64,000 nucleotides of DNA from an uncultured Holophaga sp. (lineage in GTDB: Bacteria; Acidobacteriota; Holophagae; Holophagales; Holophagaceae), in contig OY761614.1 of the NCBI GenBank assembly GCA_963664825.1, positions 32,001 to 96,000 on the forward strand, written 5' to 3'. Of the stretch, positions 20,016-30,146 are shown one piece after another; position 1 is the stretch's first letter; every line of letters begins with the position of its first letter. Position numbers and translations under genes: made by a program. The notes beneath the pieces are model-generated. The model had not been told where the DNA came from. It was given only the letters and a program-made list of their open reading frames with translations, and searched no databases.

Positions 20016-22127
20016 TCAGTCGACCTGCTTGAGCTCGATGCCCTTGAAGTAGTGCTGGATGATCTGATCGTAGTTCCAGCCTTCCAGGGCGAAACCGTAG
20101 GCGCCGGTCTGATCCATGCCCACGCCATGCCCCCAGCCGCGCCCGTAGAAGGTCCAATGCCGCAGGGGCTTCGTGCCGGTCTGGATGAACCCGAAGACAT
20201 TATCCTTGAGGCCCAGCAGGCTGCGAATGCGCATGCCCGTGAAGCGGAAGGCCTTGCCCCGCCCATCCCGCACCGTGAGCTCCAGCACCCGGCCCTGGTC
20301 GTTCCGTTTGACTTCCAGGCTCCCCAGGGAATGGAGACCGACCTTCTGCTGAAGGCGATCCAGGAGATCGGCTTCCTTCAGCTCCTGCTTCCAGTGGGCG
20401 GTGGGGTTGTAGCGGTCCAGGCTCGCCCCATCGGGGTCCAGGCGCCGCAGCAAGAGCCGAGAAGGGCCATGCTTGGGGACCCAGCGCACACGGTCTCCCA
20501 CCTGGATGGCGCTCTCGCCCACCAGGCGCAGGCTGCCGCCGGGGGCCTCCTCCACCAGCAGGAGGGAGGGAGCCAGGGCCAAGGGTCCGGGACCGCCCCC
20601 CTTCACGCGCACCTGGCCATCCCGCAGCAGGGTGCCCTCCGCCAGTTCGAAGGGCTCCAGCTCCTGCCAGAGCCTGCCGAGCACGTGCAGCCCCTGGCCC
20701 AAGGTGAGGGTTTGGGCCTTCCACGCGTTGGGAGGCACCAGGCCACGTCGGGCCAGGAAGCCCGCCAGGAGCAGATCCCGGGGTTTCAGGTCCAAGCCCG
20801 GCAGGAAGTAGGCCGCGTCCTGGGGCCGTTCCTGGCCCTGGACCACGGATTCGAAATCCAGGCTGCGCGCCATCCAGAGCAGGATCTCCGGCCCCTGGGC
20901 CACACCTGCCTCGGGTTCCGACAGGGAGAGCCGCGCCGCGAGCGCCTCCACGATGCCCTTGATTTCGACCATCCTCAGGGGCCTCCCCAGCCGCTCCCCA
21001 TCCAGCAGTTCGGGCGGAATGAGGCCCTCGGCGGCGAAGCGGAGCATATCCAGGCTGAGCCAGCCCTGGTCCCCCTTGGGCGCGGCGCTGCCCCTGAAGG
21101 CAAGCGTGGTGGCCTTTTCGAGGTAGTTGCTGGCGGGCTGCAGGTAGGGCGTGGCACCTCCGCCGAAGACGAAGCGGTTATCCACCGTGGCGCCGCCGCT
21201 ATTGGCCATGAAGAGGGCCTGGATGGGTTTGCCGCCATAGGTGGCCACCAGCCCCTTGGTCTCCTCCACGGCGCGATCCGTGAGGCTCTGTTCGGCATCC
21301 CGGCCACCGTAGACCTGGTCGGCCACCGTATCGACGAGGTCGAGGCCCTCCTTGGCGCGCTTGCCCCGATTGGCCACCGCGTAGGTGCGGGCGGCCACGG
21401 CCTGGGCCTTCAGGGCCTCCAGGTTGGGGAATTCCCAGGCGCCCATCTCCTTGGGCACCACGCCCCTCAGGTAGGTCTCCAGTTCCACGGCGTTCATCAC
21501 CGTGAGCCGCCCTTGAGCATTGGGGAATATCTCGATCCGCCCCCGGTAGCGCCCCTTCCCGAGGACCGTGGTCAGTTCGCCCAGGGGCCTGAAGGAGACG
21601 CCCTCCAGGGGCAGGGCCTGACGCTCGAAGCGTTCCGTGATCGCATAGAGGGCCCGACCCTGGCGGGCTTCGCCGACCCGCTTCTCCGTGGAGACCCACA
21701 GTTCCTGAAGCCCGCTGGAAGCGAGCCTCTGGAGCAGGGCTTCGGCCTGGATGGCCTTGGCGAAATGCCCCGTGAGGACCCTCCAGGTGCCGCCATCGGA
21801 AACCGCCACCCGTTCGGGCACCTCGCCCAAATCCCGCAGGCGCTTCATGAGAGCCTCGGCCTCGTCGAGGGCCAGGGGGCCTCCCACCTGGAGCCGCAAT
21901 TCGTCGGTGGGATCGGCCTCCCCCCGGCTATCCCACCAGATCCGCAGTTTCTCCCCCGGGGCCAGCTTCATGAGCGGCTGCCCGCCCCGTGTGCAGACCT
22001 CGCCCCCCCCTTCCAGGCTCACGATCCATTCCAGGCCCTGGGTATCGAGGCCCACCCGGAGGGGAATCTCCGCCCCCAGGGGGGCCGCGAGCAGAAAGAC
22101 GGGAAGGAGCCGGAGCATGCCATTCAT
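20016..22127 (-). CDS. SpoIID/LytB-domain lytic transglycosylase with SPOR-like domain
   Basis: ETYLRGVVPKEM, EALKAQAVAARTYA, DQVYGG, GRGWGHGVGMDQTGA; signal peptide. Confidence 0.92.
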   Translation of the reverse strand: MNGMLRLLPVFLLAAPLGAEIPLRVGLDTQGLEWIVSLEGGGEVCTRGGQPLMKLAPGEKLRIWWDSRGEADPTDELRLQVGGPLALDEAEALMKRLRDLGEVPERVAVSDGGTWRVLTGHFAKAIQAEALLQRLASSGLQELWVSTEKRVGEARQGRALYAITERFERQALPLEGVSFRPLGELTTVLGKGRYRGRIEIFPNAQGRLTVMNAVELETYLRGVVPKEMGAWEFPNLEALKAQAVAARTYAVANRGKRAKEGLDLVDTVADQVYGGRDAEQSLTDRAVEETKGLVATYGGKPIQALFMANSGGATVDNRFVFGGGATPYLQPASNYLEKATTLAFRGSAAPKGDQGWLSLDMLRFAAEGLIPPELLDGERLGRPLRMVEIKGIVEALAARLSLSEPEAGVAQGPEILLWMARSLDFESVVQGQERPQDAAYFLPGLDLKPRDLLLAGFLARRGLVPPNAWKAQTLTLGQGLHVLGRLWQELEPFELAEGTLLRDGQVRVKGGGPGPLALAPSLLLVEEAPGGSLRLVGESAIQVGDRVRWVPKHGPSRLLLRRLDPDGASLDRYNPTAHWKQELKEADLLDRLQQKVGLHSLGSLEVKRNDQGRVLELTVRDGRGKAFRFTGMRIRSLLGLKDNVFGFIQTGTKPLRHWTFYGRGWGHGVGMDQTGAYGFALEGWNYDQIIQHYFKGIELKQVD

Positions 22128-22215
22128 GCTCTCAGATTAGCAACCCAGGCCTCCCCTTGCGTCGTTCCCGGAACCCGCGACAGATCCTCCTCGACCCGGG
22201 TAGCCTTTCCTGACC

Positions 22216-25200
22216 ATGGCACTCCCTACGCAAGACCCCATCCCCCAGTGTTCTCCCGAGGCCCGCCAGCGGCTCCTCGGGGAATGGAGCGGTCCGGCCT
22301 GGGATCCAGGCCTGGTGAGGGACGAGGGACTGCACCAGCTCTTCGAAGCCACGGCCGATAGGTCCCCCCAATTGCCCGCGGTAGAGATGGGCGGCAGGAG
22401 CCTCAGCTATGGGGAACTGGAGGCCCGGGCCAACCGCATCGCCCATCTGCTGGGCGCCCGAGGGGCCTGCCGGGGCAGCCACGTGGCCCTGTTCCTGCCC
22501 CGCTCCCTGGATGTCTATGCGACCCTGCTGGGCATCCTCAAATGCGGCGCCGCCTACGTGCCCCTGGACCCCGAATACCCCAGGGAACGCGTCTCCCAGA
22601 TCCTCCAGGATTCCGGCGCCCGGATCCTGGTGAGCGTTTCGGGCCTAGCCGCCCGCCTGGGGCCTGGGACCTATGCGACGGTCCTGCTGGACCAGGAGGG
22701 CCCGGCCCTGGAGGCCCAGTCCTCCTCCCGCATTCCCCGGAGCCAGACGGGGGTGGGCCCGGAGGATCCCTGCTACGCCATCTTCACCAGCGGCTCCACC
22801 GGCCGTCCCAAGGGCGTCAGCGTGCCCCACAGGGCGGCCTGCAATCTGGTGCGGACCGAGGGGCAGATCTTCGGCGTGGGGCCCCAGGACCGGGTCTTCC
22901 AGGGGTTCTCCATCGCCTTCGATGCTTCGGTGGAAGAGGTGTGGCTGGCCTTCCATGCTGGAGCCACGCTGGTGGCGGGCAGCGCCGAGGATATGCGCAG
23001 CGGCCCCGAATTGCCAAGTCGCCTGAGCCGCGCGGGAATCACGGTGCTCTCCACCGTGCCCACCCTGCTCTCCACCTTCCAGGACGATATCCCGGGCCTG
23101 CGCCTGCTCATACTGGGCGGCGAGGCCTGCCCCGCCGATCTCGCCCAGCGCTGGGCCAGACCGGGTCGACGCCTGGTGAACACCTACGGCCCCACGGAGG
23201 CCACCGTCATCGCCACCTTTGCCGATCTGGAACCCGGTCGCCCTGTCACCATCGGCCGCGCCTTGCCCAATGACCGCCTCTACGTGCTCGATGAGCAGCT
23301 CCGCCTAGTGCCCCCGGGGCTCCCTGGAGAGCTCTGCCTCTCGGGAGCAGGCCTGGCGCTGGGGTACCTGGGCAGGCCCGATCTCACGGCGGAGCGCTTC
23401 AAGGCCAATCCCTTTGCCCAGGGACCCTTCACGGAGCGCCTCTACCTCACGGGCGATCTGGTGCGCTTCGACGCAAAAGGCGATCTGGAATTCCTGGGGC
23501 GCCGGGACGAACAGGTGAAGATCCGGGGATTCCGCGTGGAGCTGGGGGAGATCGAAGAAGCCCTCCGGGAGCGGCCGGAGATCCTCCTGGCCGCGGCCAC
23601 CCTCCGCCAGGACGGAGGCCCCGAGCGCCTGGTGGCCTACGTGGTGCTGAAGGAAGGCTGCGCCCTGGACGAAGATGCCCTGATGACCTGGCTCCGCACA
23701 CGGCTCCCCGTCTACATGGTGCCTGCCCTCGTGGAGCCCATCGGAGAGCTGCCCACCCTGGCCAGCGGCAAGGTGGACCGCAAGAGCCTGCCGGCCCCCA
23801 GACCCCGGGCCGCCAAGGCCCGCACGGCGGAGCTCGAACCTCGCAGCCCCTTCCAGGCCCGCATGACCGAAGGCTGGGGCCGCCTCTTCCACCGGGAGGA
23901 CCTGGATCTGGACGAGGACTTCTTCCTGGATCTGGGCGGCCACTCGCTGCTGGCGGCCCTCATGGTTTCCGACCTGCGGACCTGCAAGGACTTCGAGAGC
24001 CTCTCGGTCCCCGATGTGTACGCCTTCCCCACCCTGCGGCGCCTGGCGGCTGAACTCGAGACCCGCCAGGGGCGGGAAGACCGCGAAGAAAAGAAACAAG
24101 CAGCGCCCCCGGCGCCGGTCTCGAGAAGGGGCCGCATCCTCTGCCAGCTGGGGCAGTTCGGCGGCCTCTACCCGATCCTCGGGTACTTCGGTCTCCAGTG
24201 GCTGGCGCCCTACCTGGCCTACAGCTGGATGATCGACCACGATTTCAGTCGCACGGCGGCCCTGATGGCGGCTTTCGGGGGCCTCCTCTGCCTCTACCCG
24301 GCCATGTACCTCCTCTCCATCGCCCTCAAATGGGCCCTGCTGGGGCGCGTCAAGCCCGGCGTCCACCGGGTCTGGGGCCTCTACTACTGGCGCTGGTGGC
24401 TGGTGAACCGCCTGCTTTCGGCCACGCCCACGGGCTACCTAGTGGGCACCCCCATGTACCGCCTCTATCTGCGGATGATGGGGGCAAGCATCGGCCGGGA
24501 TGCCCACTTCGCCAGCGATTGCGTGCGGGCCTTCGATCTGCTGAGGGTGGGCGAGGACACGAGCATCGGCGTGGACGCGCGCCTGGAGGGCTATTCCATC
24601 GAGGGGGGCCTCCTCCGGATCGGAGCGATCACCCTGGGAAAGCGCTGCTACGTGGGCGCCCGCTCGGTGCTGGGCCTGGATGTGTGCATGGAGGATGGTT
24701 CCTCCCTGGGGGAACTGAGCCTGCTGCCTACGGGGGCTCGCATCCCGGAGGGCCAGCGCTGGGTGGGTTCCCCCGCCAAGCCCCTGCCCTTGGGCGAAGA
24801 GGATCGCCTCCGGGCCGCCACAGAAGCCCACAAGCATTCCAGAACCCGCAAACTCCTCTTCACCCTCTGCTACGCCCTGGGGGCCTTCCTGGTGCCCGTG
24901 AGCTTCCTGGCGGCCATCCTGCCCGGGATGATGCTGCTCAACGAGCTGTGGATCAAGATCCCGGGCTATTTCGGGTATCTGTGGGCCGTGCCCCTGGCGG
25001 CGCTGTCCTACATCATCCTGCTGGCGCTCGAGATACTAGCCGCCAAGTGGCTGCTGCTGGGGCGCGTGCGGCCCGGCACCTTCGAGATCCACACCGGCTT
25101 CTATCTGCGGAAGTGGTTCATCGACCAGTTCATGGAAGTCTCCCTGGATCTGCTGGCGCCGCTCTACGCCACGCTCTATCTGAACCCCTGGTACCGAGCC

Positions 25201-26247
25201 CTGGGCGCTCGCGTCGGGCCCCGGGCCGAGATCTCCACGGCCGGCGCGGCCACCCCGGACCTGCTCAGCATCGGCGAAGAGGCCTTCATCGCCGACGCGG
25301 CCTCCCTGGGCACACCGCGCTACGACCTGGGCCGGGTGACCCTGCGGCCCACCCTCATCGGAAGGCGGGCCTTCGTCGGCAATAGCGCCATCGTCCCCAA
25401 TGGCACCGAACTGGGGGATCTGGCCCTGGTGGGCGTGCTCTCGGCGCCGCCCCTGGACCCTCTGGAAGCCCGTCGCCGGGATGCCTCCTGGCTGGGTTCC
25501 CCCGCCATCTACCTGCCCCGAAGGGCCCACGCCGGGGGCTTCAACGAAGAGGAGACCTTCCGGCCCACCAAGCGCCTGGTGGCGCTGCGGCTCTTCATCG
25601 AGTTCTTCCGGGTGCTCCTGCCCGCCACGGGCTTTGCCCTGCTCACCTGCCTCCTGCTCACGGCCATGACGGAGCTGGAGAGTTGGCTGGGGCTGGGGGC
25701 CGCCATCGCCCTCTTCCCCCTGCTTTATTTTTTGGGAGGCGTCGGGGCCTGCCTCTTCACGAGCGGGATGAAATGGCTGCTCATGGGCCGCTATCGCCCC
25801 GGGGAAAAGCCCCTCTGGTGCGGCTTCGTGTGGCGCACGGAACTCGTGACGGGCCTTCATGAGGGCCTGGCCGATCCCTGGATCCTGCGCATGTGCATGG
25901 GCACGCCCCTGGTGCCCCTCTTCTTCCGTGGGATGGGTTCGAAGATCGGCCGGGATGCCTGCATGGAGAGCACCTGCCTCACGGAATACGATCTCATCAC
26001 CCTCGGCGACGACGTGTGCCTGGGCTCGGACTGCACGCTCCAGACCCATCTCTTCGAGGACCGGGTGATGAAGATGTCCACCATCGTGCTGGGCCGGGGT
26101 TGCAGCGTGGGCACGGACGCGGTGGTGCTCTACGATACGCGGATGGAGGAGGGGGCTTCCCTGGGCGAACTCTCCCTGCTCATGAAGGGCGAGGTGCTCC
26201 CCGCGGGCAGCCACTGGGAAGGCAGCCCCGCCAGGCGGCTGGGATGA
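22216..26247 (+). CDS. Pls/PosA-family single-module membrane NRPS-like poly(amino acid) synthetase
   Basis: A domain (FTSGSTGRPKG, FDASVEE, NTYGPTE, TGD, QVKIRGFRVELGEIE, GKVDR), T domain FFLDLGGHS, then three beta-helix/acyltransferase-like repeats separated by TM segments. Confidence 0.93.
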   Translation: MALPTQDPIPQCSPEARQRLLGEWSGPAWDPGLVRDEGLHQLFEATADRSPQLPAVEMGGRSLSYGELEARANRIAHLLGARGACRGSHVALFLPRSLDVYATLLGILKCGAAYVPLDPEYPRERVSQILQDSGARILVSVSGLAARLGPGTYATVLLDQEGPALEAQSSSRIPRSQTGVGPEDPCYAIFTSGSTGRPKGVSVPHRAACNLVRTEGQIFGVGPQDRVFQGFSIAFDASVEEVWLAFHAGATLVAGSAEDMRSGPELPSRLSRAGITVLSTVPTLLSTFQDDIPGLRLLILGGEACPADLAQRWARPGRRLVNTYGPTEATVIATFADLEPGRPVTIGRALPNDRLYVLDEQLRLVPPGLPGELCLSGAGLALGYLGRPDLTAERFKANPFAQGPFTERLYLTGDLVRFDAKGDLEFLGRRDEQVKIRGFRVELGEIEEALRERPEILLAAATLRQDGGPERLVAYVVLKEGCALDEDALMTWLRTRLPVYMVPALVEPIGELPTLASGKVDRKSLPAPRPRAAKARTAELEPRSPFQARMTEGWGRLFHREDLDLDEDFFLDLGGHSLLAALMVSDLRTCKDFESLSVPDVYAFPTLRRLAAELETRQGREDREEKKQAAPPAPVSRRGRILCQLGQFGGLYPILGYFGLQWLAPYLAYSWMIDHDFSRTAALMAAFGGLLCLYPAMYLLSIALKWALLGRVKPGVHRVWGLYYWRWWLVNRLLSATPTGYLVGTPMYRLYLRMMGASIGRDAHFASDCVRAFDLLRVGEDTSIGVDARLEGYSIEGGLLRIGAITLGKRCYVGARSVLGLDVCMEDGSSLGELSLLPTGARIPEGQRWVGSPAKPLPLGEEDRLRAATEAHKHSRTRKLLFTLCYALGAFLVPVSFLAAILPGMMLLNELWIKIPGYFGYLWAVPLAALSYIILLALEILAAKWLLLGRVRPGTFEIHTGFYLRKWFIDQFMEVSLDLLAPLYATLYLNPWYRALGARVGPRAEISTAGAATPDLLSIGEEAFIADAASLGTPRYDLGRVTLRPTLIGRRAFVGNSAIVPNGTELGDLALVGVLSAPPLDPLEARRRDASWLGSPAIYLPRRAHAGGFNEEETFRPTKRLVALRLFIEFFRVLLPATGFALLTCLLLTAMTELESWLGLGAAIALFPLLYFLGGVGACLFTSGMKWLLMGRYRPGEKPLWCGFVWRTELVTGLHEGLADPWILRMCMGTPLVPLFFRGMGSKIGRDACMESTCLTEYDLITLGDDVCLGSDCTLQTHLFEDRVMKMSTIVLGRGCSVGTDAVVLYDTRMEEGASLGELSLLMKGEVLPAGSHWEGSPARRLG

Positions 26248-26750
26248 GCCATCGCCCTGCCCTCGTCCTGGGCCCCGATTCCCAGGGCCAGGCCCTTCTG
26301 GAAGACCTGGTAGCCAGCTGCGGCCTCTCGGGGGCGATCCTGCCCGGCCATGATGCCCACGGTCGCCCGACCCTGCGGATCGCAGGGCGCCCGGTGGCCT
26401 TCAGCCGCAGCCGCGCCAGAGGCTACTGCGCCCTGGCACTCGCCCAGGAGGGTCGCGTGGGCGTGGACCTCGTGGGGCCGGTCCAGGTGCCCACGGAACT
26501 CCTGGAAATGCACTTTCTCCCTGCTGAACGGCAATGGCTCCAGGACCTCCCAGGGGAGGCGCGCCTCCGCTGCTGGGCCGCCAAGGAGGCCATGCTCAAG
26601 GCCCTGGGCCTGGGCCTGGCCTTCGGCCTGGAGGCCGTGGAACTGGAGCCGGAGGGGGTGGCGCGCATCGCCGGAGGAAGGGCCGAGGGGTGGAACCTGG
26701 AGATCTCGCAGATCGAAGGGTTTGTCCTGGCCCTGGCCTGGGCGGACTAG
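26244..26750 (+). CDS. 4'-phosphopantetheinyl transferase (Sfp-type)
   Basis: GRP, FSRSR, VGVDL, WAAKEAMLKALGLGL; ATGA overlap with the NRPS stop. Confidence 0.9.
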   Translation: MSHRPALVLGPDSQGQALLEDLVASCGLSGAILPGHDAHGRPTLRIAGRPVAFSRSRARGYCALALAQEGRVGVDLVGPVQVPTELLEMHFLPAERQWLQDLPGEARLRCWAAKEAMLKALGLGLAFGLEAVELEPEGVARIAGGRAEGWNLEISQIEGFVLALAWAD

Positions 26751-27649
26751 AGCCCGCCCCGCAGATTGGCGTGGGTCCTCAGTTGGCCGTCCTCTTCACC
26801 CAGCAGGGCCACCAGCAGGTCCCCGTGGAGGCCCCGGATCGGGGCGCCGGGATCGGGAAAGCCCTCCAACAGCGCCACCGCCGGCGCCTGGCATTCCCCC
26901 AGGGGAATGGCCCGGCCGTGGGAGAGATGATCGGCTTCTTCGTCCGACAGGATCCGGGAGGGGCACCAGGGGATCAGGTCCCTGCCCTGGAGCAGCCGTT
27001 CCTCGCCGGGACCCGGATCCAGCCAGGGACCGATGGCCGTGCGCGTGAGCCGCTCCAGGTGGGCGCCGCAGCCCATCAGCTGCCCCAGCTCCCGGGCCAG
27101 GCTGCGCACGTAGAACCCGCCGCGGCAGGTGATGCGCAGGGTGCTGGCGCGAGGCAGATCGTGGGAGATCCAGGCCGCCTCGTGCAGGTAGACGCGACTG
27201 GGGGGCAGCACCACCTCCTCGCCGCGATGGGCCTTCTTGTAGGCGGCCTCGCCTCCGATCTTCTTGGCGCAGGTGGCCGGGGGGATCTGGTCCCGCCAGC
27301 CCAGGAAGGCCGGGAGAGCGGCGTCCAGGGCTTCCGGTGTGAGCCTGGAGGGATCGCCCTCCATGATGGACAGCCCCAGGTGGTCGCAGGTATCGGTCTC
27401 CACGCCCCAGACCAGCCTGGCCTCGTAGGTCTTGGGCAGGGGGTGCATCAGTTCCATCAGGCGGGTGGCCTGACCGGAGAGCACCAGCAGCAGCCCTTCG
27501 GCGAAGGGATCCAGGGTGCCCCCGTGGCCCAGGGCCCATTTTTTTTGGCCCGCCTCGAAGGCGAGGTGCTTGAAGCGCCGCACCACATCGAAGCTGCTCT
27601 CACCGACCTGCTTGTGGACCAGGAAGATACCGGATTCGACCATCCCCAT
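26747..27649 (-). CDS. truB: tRNA pseudouridine(55) synthase
   Basis: LVHKQVGESSFDVV, GHGGTLDPFAEGLL, KTY, QIPP, GFYVRSLARELG, HLERLTRTAIG; ATG 27649 overlaps the REase TGA. Confidence 0.92.
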   Translation of the reverse strand: MGMVESGIFLVHKQVGESSFDVVRRFKHLAFEAGQKKWALGHGGTLDPFAEGLLLVLSGQATRLMELMHPLPKTYEARLVWGVETDTCDHLGLSIMEGDPSRLTPEALDAALPAFLGWRDQIPPATCAKKIGGEAAYKKAHRGEEVVLPPSRVYLHEAAWISHDLPRASTLRITCRGGFYVRSLARELGQLMGCGAHLERLTRTAIGPWLDPGPGEERLLQGRDLIPWCPSRILSDEEADHLSHGRAIPLGECQAPAVALLEGFPDPGAPIRGLHGDLLVALLGEEDGQLRTHANLRGGL

Positions 27650-28647
27650 CACACCCGCGTCCCAGGCAGTGCGTCTGGGTATGGGCCGAGATATCGCTCC
27701 CCATTGAAATGGATTAGGTGTTCTGGATCATCCGCGATCCATACCTCACTCTCCCAGGCAATCTGAGATAGAAATCCCTGCATCGCTTTCCGAGTTTCAA
27801 AACAGGTCACGAAGACCAAACCCGCCACGCATCCAGCGAAAAGATCCTTCAATTCCTTCCGCCGCTTCCCATCCACGGGGCCCGCAGTCGTGACGGCCTC
27901 GATGAGCAGCAGCCAGTTCCGCCGCTGGTCATAGACCATCACATCGGGAATCTTGGCAGCCGCAGGCAGCCGAACACCCAGTTCCTTGAGGCGCTCGGTC
28001 TCAAGGTGAATGAATTTGTCCTCAGCATCCCCGAGGTAGAGGACTTCCCCACCGGGGGCAAAACGCGAACAGAAATCATGGACGATCCTTCTTATTAGCG
28101 AATTTTGGCCTCCTGGTGATAGCTGGACCCTTCCCCCACCCGGGAGGCTAACGGGGATTCGCACCAAGGATCTCCCACGCTGCATTTCCTTGAGGAGGCC
28201 TGACCGATCCTTCTGATACTCGGCCAGAAGCATCGTCCAGCTCTTGGTGCCATAGGCCTGCAGGACAGCCAGCGCCCGGGGTTCAATCTGGTAGACCGTT
28301 TTCCCGCTGTTCACCGGACGGTCCAGCTGATCGGGGTTTTTCAGAAGAAGCCCGTACTCGACGAAATATTTCACGGCTTCATCACGAATGGTTTCCCGAG
28401 TATTCGGGGCGTACCGGATTCCGTAATGTTCCGCGATGAAATTGATGATCGGCGTAATGCCCATGAGCGGAGAGGATGCTCTGCTCCATTTGTTTCGTGG
28501 ACCGAGGCCGGCAAGGGCAAGCAGCGTGTATGCGGCGACTTCATTCCTCTGTCGAGAGGGACATCCCAGCGCTTCGAGGACCTTCATGGCCTCCCGAACT
28601 CGGGTCGGTATCTCGCGCCCGCCCCGGACCTTCGCTTCATCAGTCAT
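27649..28647 (-). CDS. BsuBI/PstI-family type II restriction endonuclease
   Basis: YAPNTRETIRDE, LSPGGQN, RFAPGG, KIPDV...WLLLIEAVT (PD-(D/E)XK-like), IAWESEVW, HLIHFNGERYLGP. Confidence 0.92.
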   Translation of the reverse strand: MTDEAKVRGGREIPTRVREAMKVLEALGCPSRQRNEVAAYTLLALAGLGPRNKWSRASSPLMGITPIINFIAEHYGIRYAPNTRETIRDEAVKYFVEYGLLLKNPDQLDRPVNSGKTVYQIEPRALAVLQAYGTKSWTMLLAEYQKDRSGLLKEMQRGRSLVRIPVSLPGGGRVQLSPGGQNSLIRRIVHDFCSRFAPGGEVLYLGDAEDKFIHLETERLKELGVRLPAAAKIPDVMVYDQRRNWLLLIEAVTTAGPVDGKRRKELKDLFAGCVAGLVFVTCFETRKAMQGFLSQIAWESEVWIADDPEHLIHFNGERYLGPYPDALPGTRV

Positions 28648-30115
28648 GGAGGTGCCTTTCGAGGATCGCGTCAATCTCGGATTGTTCCATATCCAATCGC
28701 GGCATGTCTCGGCCGATCGCGTCCAACGTGCTTCGCGAGGGGTAGTTGAGCTTCCGAAGATCGGTCGCGTTCACTTGGGTATGGCCGCTGAAACTCCTGA
28801 AATAATCGTCCACCATCGTGGAATTGAGGTAGGTGTACAACCCTGCGGCCAAATCGCGATCCAGGCCGTGCCCGCCACGATGGAAATAGTTCAGATGGTT
28901 TTCGAACCCGACCAGATCACCCGGAACATCCGCTGAATCGAAGACGGACGCCACCAGACGCCTCTTTTCTTCCTTCGAGGTGAAGCGCTTGGTCAGGACA
29001 TATCTCCCCGCAGGAATCAGCCAGGAGCGGGTCGCATCATTCACGAGAATCGAATTGGGTTTCTTCCCACCCAGCCGTGGCCAGAGGATGCCTCCATCGT
29101 TGAAATGACAGGGGTATAAGAGAGGCACCGCACCGACGGCAGGATCTTGCATAATGAATTCCCGCAGCCGAAAATCGACAACCCTCCCCGTGGAAACGGT
29201 CAGGCCCAGGTGATCCAGCAGGGCAGGCAGCGATGTGACCCGACGCTTTGATTCGAGATGCCTCTCCCCCGAGGGAATGTGAATAAAACGCTGGGCATCC
29301 CCCGGGTGAAGGATCTCGGCAATGGGAATATCCGCTCCAGTCATGGCGGATTCGTCGACACCCTGACTACAGGAGACATGAACGGTCGCGCCCTGAGCCA
29401 AACCACGCACGGCGTGGAGAATGATCGTCTCTTGAAGCACTTGATCTGCCTTGAAGGTATCTGTTCGCGACTCGAAAACGTGTAGGCGTTTCAGCGCCAT
29501 ATCGTTCAAGAATTGCTGGCGGAAGGGCCGAAAGTAGGGGCCATTACAAAAACTTCTCGGCGTAATGGCCACGAGCTGGCCCCCAGGACAGAGCCGCTTC
29601 GAGATGATGGCCAGAAACCCCGTGTAGAGATTGCTCGTCTCGATTGAAAGGGCGCTCAGATCCCGCCGTTCATGTGAATGCGTGGCTATCTTCCGATAGG
29701 GCGGATTCACAATGGCCGCATGGAAGCATGGAACTTCCTCGGTAAAAAAGCCTCCGCCCAGGACTTCCCGGGATTCTTCTATGAAATCCCGAGCAATCAA
29801 TTGGAATGAAAATTGGATGCCCGCCTTCTGGCAAAGCGCTCCGCAGCTATCCAGAGTGCTCTGAAGCCTGGGCAAGACACTGGGGTCCACTTCGTAGACG
29901 ATCAGGGACAAGGCCCTGACCTGGGGATGGTGCAGACAGACCTCTCGGACCGCAGCGAGGCTGAGGGCCCCTTCCCCGGCCCCGGCATCCAGGAGTCGAA
30001 AATGCTCTGGCAAGGGATCGAACAGCGACGCCATGAACTTGGCGGTGGGAGCGGGGGTGAAGAACTGGCCCAGTAGACCGCGATTATTGCGCTCCATGCC
30101 CGGGCCCTTCGTCAT
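28640..30115 (-). CDS. N6-adenine DNA methyltransferase (gamma class, M.BsuBI/M.PstI/Eco57I-like)
   Basis: GQFFTP, LLDAGAGEG (motif I), NPPY (motif IV), PRSFCNGPYF, FSGHTQVNATDL; GAGGG SD before ATG 30115 (alternative start 30097). Confidence 0.92.
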   Translation of the reverse strand: MTKGPGMERNNRGLLGQFFTPAPTAKFMASLFDPLPEHFRLLDAGAGEGALSLAAVREVCLHHPQVRALSLIVYEVDPSVLPRLQSTLDSCGALCQKAGIQFSFQLIARDFIEESREVLGGGFFTEEVPCFHAAIVNPPYRKIATHSHERRDLSALSIETSNLYTGFLAIISKRLCPGGQLVAITPRSFCNGPYFRPFRQQFLNDMALKRLHVFESRTDTFKADQVLQETIILHAVRGLAQGATVHVSCSQGVDESAMTGADIPIAEILHPGDAQRFIHIPSGERHLESKRRVTSLPALLDHLGLTVSTGRVVDFRLREFIMQDPAVGAVPLLYPCHFNDGGILWPRLGGKKPNSILVNDATRSWLIPAGRYVLTKRFTSKEEKRRLVASVFDSADVPGDLVGFENHLNYFHRGGHGLDRDLAAGLYTYLNSTMVDDYFRSFSGHTQVNATDLRKLNYPSRSTLDAIGRDMPRLDMEQSEIDAILERHLHD

Positions 30116-30146
30116 CCGACATCCCTCAATTCCAATTTTCGAATGG

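Noticed and set aside
19836..22361. 841-aa + strand ORF, and similar long overlapping ORFs (39410..41266, 41970..43499, 51565..53274, 31270..32514)
   Set aside because: Antisense or off-frame shadows of well-supported genes in high-GC DNA; no recognisable motifs
27649..30146. R-M cassette as part of a prophage or integrative island
   Set aside because: No integrase, tRNA attachment site, flanking direct repeats or other cargo genes
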